From Coprobacillaceae bacterium (GTDB lineage: Bacteria > Bacillota_I > Bacilli_A > Erysipelotrichales > Coprobacillaceae): a DNA stretch of 32,000 nt. The position numbers and the translations under genes are program-made. Positions within the stretch are counted from its first letter, which is position 1. Each line of letters begins with the position of its first letter. The stretch spans positions 240,001-272,000 of the forward strand of contig OY776328.1 of assembly GCA_963675515.1 (NCBI GenBank), given 5' to 3'. The notes under the pieces were generated by a model that was given only the letters and a program-made list of their open reading frames with translations, was not told the origin of the DNA and searched no databases. Below are positions 26,592-32,000 of the stretch, piece by piece.

Positions 26592-26623
26592 CTAATACAA
26601 CTTCAACCCGGAAATCCTTGCAA
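26592..26623 (-). promoter_or_regulatory. Conserved promoter-like bipartite motif upstream of copy 3
   Basis: TTGCAAGGATTTCC, 10 nt (GGGTTGAAGT), TGTATTAG. Confidence 0.45.
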
Positions 26624-26668
26624 TTTTTTCTGAAATATTTTTTGACTATAATAAACTGAGTGTTTCTC

Positions 26669-26697
26669 TTGAATTAATCGGATAAATATCATATAAT
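26669..26697 (+). promoter_or_regulatory. Sigma-A type promoter of the FAD-dependent protein gene
   Basis: TTGAAT (26669-26674), 17-bp spacer, TATAAT (26692-26697). Confidence 0.6.
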
Positions 26698-26723
26698 GAC
26701 TTTTGGTCAAAAAGGAGAACACA

Positions 26724-28142
26724 ATGGAAAATAACTATGATGTAATTATTGTCGGTGCCGGACCGGCAGGGATAATGGCCAGTTATGAACTGGTATTGAA
26801 AAATCCTAATTTAAGCATACTGTTAGTTGACAAAGGCTTGGACGTCACCAAAAGACGTTGCCCGATCAAGGAAAAGAAACTAACAGCTTGTCCGTTGATC
26901 AAAGAAAATGTCCCGGGCTGCTTGCCGGCCTGTTCGATAACCGCCGGATTTGGCGGGGCGGGAGCCTATTCCGATGGGAAATTCAATATCACCAGCGAAT
27001 TCGGGGGCTGGCTCACAGATTACTTGAGTCCTACCGAAGTTGAAGAAGTTATCAGATATGTCGATGAACTGTATCTGCTCCATGGAGCAACCAAAGAGAT
27101 AACGGATCCGACCACCGATGCAATCAAAGAGATTGAACACCGGGGTTATGCGGTAGGGTTGAAACTTTTGCGGGCTCAGGTGCGCCATCTGGGGACTGAA
27201 GAAAACCTGCGGATCATGTCGGAGATGTCGGATGAATTGAAGGAGAATATCGACATGATGTTCTCGACTGAAGTGGCGGACATCTCAGTAGAGGATAACC
27301 GCTGCACTGGAATTGTCCTGAACAACGGCACAAAGATAACGGCGAAATACACCGTCCTCGCACCTGGACGCGACGGTTCAGCCTGGCTGACGAGGATTCT
27401 GAAAAATCAGAACATCGAACTATATAACAACCAGGTTGATGTCGGGGTCCGGGTTGAGACTTCGAATATTGTCATGGAGGAGATCAATAAGAACCTCTAC
27501 GAAGGAAAATTCATTTATAATACATCGGTGGGAACAAAAGTTCGTACGTTCTGTTCCAATCCGAGCGGACATGTGGTGGTTGAAAACCACAGCGGAACCA
27601 TGCTTGCCAATGGTCATGCCTATCATGATCCAAAATTGGGTTCGAACAATACCAATTTTGCCTTATTGGTTTCCCACACTTTCTCCGAACCTTTCAATGC
27701 TCCAAATGAATATGCCCACGAAGTTTCCGGTCTGGCAAACAAGCTTTCAAACGGAAGCGTCATTGTCCAAAGGTACGGGGATATCAAAAAAGGTCGCCGG
27801 ACAACGGAAAAACGGCTAAAGGAAGGGTATACTGTTCCTACTCTTAAAGAGGCGGTACCGGGGGATTTGGGTCTGGTGCTTCCTTATAATACGATGAAGT
27901 CGATCATCGAGATGATCGAGGCCCTGGATACGGTCACTCCGGGTATCGCCAACGATCACACCCTTCTTTATGGGGTTGAGGCCAAATTCTATTCTGCAAG
28001 ACCTAGGGTTCGAAACAATTTCGAATCGGAAATAGACAATCTTTATGTCGCAGGTGACGGAGCGGGCTTGACCCGCGGACTGGCCCAAGCCGGAGCCAAT
28101 GGCATTCTTGTTGCCCGGGGAATATTAGCCAAAGAAAAATAA
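26724..28142 (+). CDS. FAD-dependent oxidoreductase (COG2509-like, function uncharacterised)
   Basis: Rossmann motif DVIIVGAGPAG at the N-terminus, a Cys-rich segment (RRCPIKEKKLTACPL...CLPAC), and C-terminal AGDGAG. The ATG at 26724 follows AAGGAG. Confidence 0.75.
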   Translation: MENNYDVIIVGAGPAGIMASYELVLKNPNLSILLVDKGLDVTKRRCPIKEKKLTACPLIKENVPGCLPACSITAGFGGAGAYSDGKFNITSEFGGWLTDYLSPTEVEEVIRYVDELYLLHGATKEITDPTTDAIKEIEHRGYAVGLKLLRAQVRHLGTEENLRIMSEMSDELKENIDMMFSTEVADISVEDNRCTGIVLNNGTKITAKYTVLAPGRDGSAWLTRILKNQNIELYNNQVDVGVRVETSNIVMEEINKNLYEGKFIYNTSVGTKVRTFCSNPSGHVVVENHSGTMLANGHAYHDPKLGSNNTNFALLVSHTFSEPFNAPNEYAHEVSGLANKLSNGSVIVQRYGDIKKGRRTTEKRLKEGYTVPTLKEAVPGDLGLVLPYNTMKSIIEMIEALDTVTPGIANDHTLLYGVEAKFYSARPRVRNNFESEIDNLYVAGDGAGLTRGLAQAGANGILVARGILAKEK

Positions 28143-28331
28143 TGATCATGAAATGCTTCCCTGAAATGGCGGAGCATTTTGCCTTTTTTCCATAAGAAAG
28201 ATGTTACTAGAAACAAGCGGGCAAAATATTTGAAATCGATAAGTTCCTTTTTTGGCGAAATTCAACGATTCTCAGTTTAATTGTCCGGTAATTTGTGGTA
28301 TATTGTATTCAACTTAGTGGAGGTAAAGAAG

Positions 28332-29975
28332 ATGCGTATATTTGCAACCGATATGGATGGAACGTTTTTGACTGAAGCAAAAACATTTGATGATAAATTC
28401 TATGACTTGTTTGAATTGATGAAAAAAAATGGCGACCGGTTTGTGGTCGCTTCTGGGGGGCAATACCAGAGACTGTGCATGAGATTCGATCATAATATCA
28501 GAAATGATATTATCTATGTTTCTGAAAACGGTGCCTTGATTCGCGATGGGGAGATAATAATACATAAAGACGTGATCCCAAATGAATCTTGGAAGAAAAT
28601 GATCGACCTCCTGGCGCCATATGATTGCATGATTGTGGTGTGCGGGGTTGAGCATGGCTATGTATTGAGAAAATATGCCCATTTCGATGATGTTATCAGG
28701 AAATTCTACAATAACATTGAATATGTCGAAAGCTATGAAGACATCACGGATGAGATACTAAAGCTTTCGTTTTACGAACCGGACGGAAAGGGGCCGGAAG
28801 TCCAGGATGAGGTGGCCCACCGTGTTCCCGATGACATCTACTGTGTCACCAGCGGGTTCACTTGGTTTGATATCCTTTCGAAGAGCGCAAACAAGGGTGA
28901 AGCACTAAAGAAGGTGTCGGTATACCTGAATGTCGACCGCAAAAACGTCTATGCCTTTGGCGACCAGATGAACGACTTCGAGATGTTGCGCTATGCCAAG
29001 AATTCCTATGCGGTTGCCAATTCGGTTGATGCCATCAAGGCGATAAGCAAATTCGAGATCCCGTCAAATGACGAAAACGGCGTAGTCAAGGAGCTTGAAA
29101 AAATCCTGATGGGGGATCACAAAGAGGCAACAATCATTTCCGGTAAAGAAATCTCGCTGAAAATAAAAGACCAGATCAGGGCCGAAGTGGCTCAGCTGGT
29201 CGCTCAAAACAAAAGAGTTCCAAAATTGGCAGTGATCCTGGTGGGAGAGAACCAGGCATCCAAGGTGTACGTCCGCAACAAGGAAAAAGGATGCGAATAT
29301 GTCAATATGGAATCGCTGATGATTTTAAAAGATGCCAACATCACCCAACAGGATCTCCTTGATCAAATCGCTGTATTGAATCAGGACAAGACTGTCGATG
29401 GCATCCTAGTGCAACTGCCGTTGCCAAAGCATATCGACGAGTCGAAGGTTCTCCGGGCAATAGATCCAAGCAAGGATGTCGATGGATTCCATCCCGACAA
29501 TATCGCGCGGCTGTTCCTGGGTGAAGACGGCCTGGTGCCTTGCACTCCAAAAGGAATGATGGTGATGCTTGAACAGATTGGATACGATCTGACCGGCAAA
29601 CAGGTTGTCGTGGTTGGCCGCAGCAATATCGTTGGTAAACCGGTGGCATTGTTGGCCCTTCAAAAAAACGCGACAGTCACCATCGCCCACAGCAGGACCA
29701 AGGATTTGAAAGCTGTCTGCAAACAAGCCGATGTCCTGATTGGAGCAATTGGAAAAGCTAAGTTCCTTGATGACCAATATGTCAAACCGGGAGCCGTTGT
29801 TCTTGATGTGGGAATCAACCGCGATGAGTTCAATAAGCTATGCGGAGACTTCGATTTCGACAAGGTCAAACATATCGCCAGTGCGATCACTCCGGTTCCA
29901 GGCGGAGTCGGGCCGATGACCATCACGATGTTGCTGGAAAACACATTGAAAGCTTACAAAACGCACGAGGGCTAA
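28332..29975 (+). CDS. folD: In-frame fusion of a Cof-type HAD-IIB phosphatase (N-terminal) and bifunctional methylenetetrahydrofolate dehydrogenase/cyclohydrolase FolD (C-terminal)
   Basis: The N-terminal ~265 aa carry HAD motifs: FATDMDGTFL, a cap region, GDQMNDFEML. The C-terminal ~285 aa are a full FolD: ILVGENQASKVYVRNK, VDGILVQLPLP, DVDGFHP, VVVVGRSNIVGKP, PVPGGVGPMT. No stop codon lies between the two parts. Confidence 0.85.
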   Translation: MRIFATDMDGTFLTEAKTFDDKFYDLFELMKKNGDRFVVASGGQYQRLCMRFDHNIRNDIIYVSENGALIRDGEIIIHKDVIPNESWKKMIDLLAPYDCMIVVCGVEHGYVLRKYAHFDDVIRKFYNNIEYVESYEDITDEILKLSFYEPDGKGPEVQDEVAHRVPDDIYCVTSGFTWFDILSKSANKGEALKKVSVYLNVDRKNVYAFGDQMNDFEMLRYAKNSYAVANSVDAIKAISKFEIPSNDENGVVKELEKILMGDHKEATIISGKEISLKIKDQIRAEVAQLVAQNKRVPKLAVILVGENQASKVYVRNKEKGCEYVNMESLMILKDANITQQDLLDQIAVLNQDKTVDGILVQLPLPKHIDESKVLRAIDPSKDVDGFHPDNIARLFLGEDGLVPCTPKGMMVMLEQIGYDLTGKQVVVVGRSNIVGKPVALLALQKNATVTIAHSRTKDLKAVCKQADVLIGAIGKAKFLDDQYVKPGAVVLDVGINRDEFNKLCGDFDFDKVKHIASAITPVPGGVGPMTITMLLENTLKAYKTHEG

Positions 29976-29977
29976 TC

Positions 29978-30172
29978 ATGGAATACAAGCTCAATGACAT
30001 AGTTGAAATGAAAAAACCCCATCCTTGCAAAAAATCAACTCAGTGGCAGATTGTCAGGATGGGGGCGGATATCAAAATTAAATGTTTGGGTTGCAACGCA
30101 ATCGTCATGTTCTCAAGAAGGGACTTCGAGAAGCGCCTGAAAAAGGTCGTTGTTTCGGCTCCGGAGGACTAA
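29978..30172 (+). CDS. DUF951 family small protein
   Basis: 64 aa: MEYKLNDIVEMKKPHPCKKSTQWQIVRMGADIKIKCLGCNAIVMFSRRDFEKRLKK. Contains the C-x(n)-C-x2-C pattern typical of DUF951. The ATG at 29978 follows the folD stop. Confidence 0.75.
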   Translation: MEYKLNDIVEMKKPHPCKKSTQWQIVRMGADIKIKCLGCNAIVMFSRRDFEKRLKKVVVSAPED

Positions 30173-30975
30173 CTGTAATACTCTTCAAAAATATGGTACA
30201 GAGTTTTCAAGGCGGCAGGATCGTCACTTGAAGATGCGTTTAACGCCTGATAAAGGGCCCAGTTCCGGGCTCTTTTTTTTGTCCCTTCATCCAGCCCGAG
30301 TGCCTTGAAGAATAGATTTCGGCCGTCCTTGTCAAGACAACTGTAGCCCAGGGCATAGTTGAAAGCCTCATCACCATAGTAAGGCGTGGCTATTGCGTCG
30401 ATCCCGATCAGGTACCCATCTTTTATGACCAGATCATCACAACTGACCAGCCCATATACAAAGGCATGATTTATCGGATCGGAAGATTCTTCGCCCTGGT
30501 TAAGGATATCAGTATAGACTTTCTGGTCGTTGCTACAGGGCTGGGCTGCGATTATTTCCTTGAGCGGCCCGATTTTTGTTGAGAAGTCAATCTGATCGCG
30601 ATCGCTAAAAATCCAAACCGGGAAATCGAGCGATTTAAGCCTTTTGAAAAAGTTTGCCAGTGTTGCGGCCAGTAATTTCGTATCGAAATCGTCAACTGAA
30701 TCTTTTTTAGAATCGTCGACGATTGAAACAAGCAAAAAATGCAGACCGTTTTTCTGGCCGGAATCCAATATGACAGGCAAATCAAGCTCGAGTCTTTTTG
30801 AAAGTGATGTGACCAGATCGAGGTGATTGAGGGTCTGGATAAAAATCGAATCATCATTAAAGATGTAAAGCTTGTTACGGTCGTATCTGTAGCAGGTACA
30901 GTCGCTACTTTGTTCAATTACCGGCAAATCCAGGTTGGCGAACTGTTCGAATGTCTTGTAATCTAATATGTTCAT
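30169..30975 (-). CDS. Aminoglycoside/choline-kinase-like phosphotransferase fold protein with degenerate catalytic motifs
   Basis: 268 aa with an APH-like layout. The catalytic-loop position reads YGLVSCDDLVIKDGYLIGIDA instead of HGD....N.....IDW/F. Confidence 0.45.
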   Translation of the reverse strand: MNILDYKTFEQFANLDLPVIEQSSDCTCYRYDRNKLYIFNDDSIFIQTLNHLDLVTSLSKRLELDLPVILDSGQKNGLHFLLVSIVDDSKKDSVDDFDTKLLAATLANFFKRLKSLDFPVWIFSDRDQIDFSTKIGPLKEIIAAQPCSNDQKVYTDILNQGEESSDPINHAFVYGLVSCDDLVIKDGYLIGIDAIATPYYGDEAFNYALGYSCLDKDGRNLFFKALGLDEGTKKRARNWALYQALNASSSDDPAALKTLYHIFEEYYS

Positions 30976-31061
30976 GGCAAAACCTCCTTGGATAAATCAT
31001 ATCACAAAGTGGAAGAATTGTCGGGATTGATGCGCAAAAAAGCATCCCTGAAGGATGCCGG

Positions 31062-31544
31062 TTAGAACAGGACGAATGCGAACAGGAAAGCGACAGCCAG
31101 TCCGCCAAGAATATCCGATATGTAATGGATGCCGCAGACTATTCGGAAAACCGATATGACTACCGCAATCGTTGTTACAACTATTCCCATGATTGGAAGA
31201 TAAGGAAGAAGTGAAAATCCGATTACAAATGCACTGGTGGCATGGCGTGAGGGGAATGATTCCCGGTCGTGTTTGACATCCCCGATGGGCTTGTAGTCGT
31301 ATACGGTGAATGGCCGCTTGCGCGATATCACCTTGCGAAATGCCGATGTCACCATGAAACATAGGAAAGGAACTAGTACCATCTTCAAGAAATGGTCTTG
31401 GAGATAATTGATTGCATAAATCAATGTGCAGGCATAAAGGAAAAAGACCATGAAAGGAAGGATTTTGTTCGCCCTCTTCAAAAATGATTTGAGGTTGGGT
31501 TTGGAGTTTATGCGGCTGACAAAGTAGAGATAGAAACTAGCCAT
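31062..31544 (-). CDS. PAP2-family membrane phosphatase
   Basis: PAP2 motifs KVISRKRP, PSRH and FRIVCGIHYISD, within a multi-TM protein of 160 aa. Confidence 0.85.
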   Translation of the reverse strand: MASFYLYFVSRINSKPNLKSFLKRANKILPFMVFFLYACTLIYAINYLQDHFLKMVLVPFLCFMVTSAFRKVISRKRPFTVYDYKPIGDVKHDRESFPSRHATSAFVIGFSLLPYLPIMGIVVTTIAVVISVFRIVCGIHYISDILGGLAVAFLFAFVLF

Positions 31545-31767
31545 TTTTAAGCACCAATATTGTAATCCCGGGATTGGTTGTCAGTATTTTCCGGCTTACT
31601 CTTTTGTGACGGTATTGCTTGCGGACATAATCCCTTAGAATAGTCGATGAGTATCCATGAATGACTTCAATTTCCTGACAAAACGATGTCTGCGAATCGA
31701 TAAAATTGTCGATGGCCACTTTGGCTTCAATTTTGGTCATTGAATGAATGTCAACGGAATAATACAT
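31537..31767 (-). CDS. Smr domain protein
   Basis: 76 aa. DIHSMTKIEA...VIHGYSSTILRDYV...NPGITILVL fits the Smr pattern (DLHG.T..EA...IHG.G.G.L...N.G.T.V.L). Confidence 0.7.
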   Translation of the reverse strand: MYYSVDIHSMTKIEAKVAIDNFIDSQTSFCQEIEVIHGYSSTILRDYVRKQYRHKRVSRKILTTNPGITILVLKNG

Positions 31768-31949
31768 AACTAGCTCCTTTGTGACCGCGAAAGCTTGAAT
31801 CGCGGCATCCCAATAAAAATATAATGTTTACTAAATTATAAGCAAGTTCGAAAAAAATTACAACAAATTGTTTGTTTGGTCCAAGTTTTATTGCTTTTAG
31901 TCGTTTTTTTAATTACAATGATTGTGAATATAATAAGGAGTGAACATAT

Positions 31950-32000
31950 ATGGCATTAACGGCAGGAATAGTTGGGTTACCAAATGTCGGTAAATCAACT
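31950..32000 (+). CDS. ychF: Redox-regulated ATPase YchF, 5' end (runs off the window)
   Basis: MALTAGIVGLPNVGKST is the canonical YchF N-terminus/P-loop. Preceded by AAGGAG. Confidence 0.85.
   Translation, partial: MALTAGIVGLPNVGKST

Larger units (their letters stand above)
24737..26640 (-). repeat. Three tandem ~621-bp gene-plus-promoter repeat units
   Basis: Start-codon offsets are 25940 to 26567 = 627 nt and 25168 to 25940 = 772 nt. The latter includes a ~150-bp extra insert. Coding and upstream sequences are near-identical by eye. Confidence 0.9.

Noticed and set aside
24737-26640. CRISPR-like or satellite array.
   Set aside because: The repeat unit is ~620 bp and consists of a complete gene plus promoter and terminator. 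There is no short repeat/spacer structure anywhere in the window.
1586-28331. Upstream-extended starts given by the ORF track (1586, 11434, 22272, 24243, 26703, 28281, 29840).
   Set aside because: In each case a downstream ATG with a properly spaced GGAGG/AAGGAG matches the conserved N-terminus of the family. Examples: MTKTIAITNQKGG for ParA, MNYNAIAKEI for EIIB, MENNYDVIIVGAG for the FAD protein, MRIFATDMDGT for HAD.
28143-28331. Possible ZTP/THF-type riboswitch upstream of the folD fusion gene.
   Set aside because: No conserved ZTP (GGGTCGTGAC...CCGCCTGGGCA) or THF core was seen. The region contains only a terminator-like hairpin after the FAD gene and an AT-rich promoter region.
29090-29125. 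The HAD-FolD fusion as an artefact of a missed stop or frameshift (TGATG at the junction).
   Set aside because: The HAD C-terminus (SNDENGVVKELEKIL) is in the same frame as FolD right up to the junction, and the TGA is out of frame. A recent point mutation or sequencing error still cannot be excluded without reads, so this is kept as a finding with that caveat.
1-32000. parS (TGTTNCACGTGAAACA) sites and DnaA-box (TTATCCACA) clusters, which might be expected near parAB.
   Set aside because: I found no match by eye within or around parB or elsewhere. The TTATCCCGA 9-mers at the RIT ends look superficially like DnaA boxes, but they are part of the element's inverted repeats.

Overview
This is a low-GC Firmicutes/Bacillota-type chromosomal segment, shown by GGAGG Shine-Dalgarno sites, a T-box leader, a cobalamin riboswitch and a LacI/cre-like operator. 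Several genes are ones often found near the origin (parA-parB, DUF951, ychF). All family calls come from motif recognition by eye; no database search was possible.

Core genes, in order:
- partial IS66-like tnpA
- dut
- parA/soj and parB/spo0J
- ABC-2 exporter pair
- deoC
- B12-riboswitch-controlled DUF4430 lipoprotein
- T-box-controlled metG, followed by a URO-D/MtaA/MetE-like methyltransferase
- scrR, scrA, scrB (sucrose PTS regulon)
- ECF sigma/anti-sigma pair
- COG2509-like FAD protein
- in-frame HAD(Cof)-FolD fusion
- DUF951 protein
- degenerate APH-like protein
- PAP2 phosphatase
- Smr protein
- 5' end of ychF

Two regions stand out.

(1) 14732-23503 appears to be a single class C (IIC) group II intron. 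It sits immediately after the scrB intrinsic terminator. Three independent nested insertions have expanded it from about 1.9 kb to 8.8 kb:
- an IS256-family element with an 8-bp TSD, inside the RT gene
- an IS1634-like IS4-family element with a 22-25 bp TSD, near the RT 3' end
- a recombinase-in-trio (RIT) element with 84-bp inverted repeats, lying exactly between intron domains V and VI. A perfect 20-bp palindrome built from the element's own repeated 9-mer sits at its left junction.

(2) 23503-26640 is an ECF sigma/anti-sigma operon preceded by three tandem ~620-bp copies of a gene. The gene encodes a small secreted, acidic, Q/T-rich protein with five cysteines and DG-x-C-[DQ] (thrombospondin-type-3-like) motifs. 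Each copy carries the same upstream promoter-like motif. I do not recognise this protein family, and it is my best candidate for an undescribed system.
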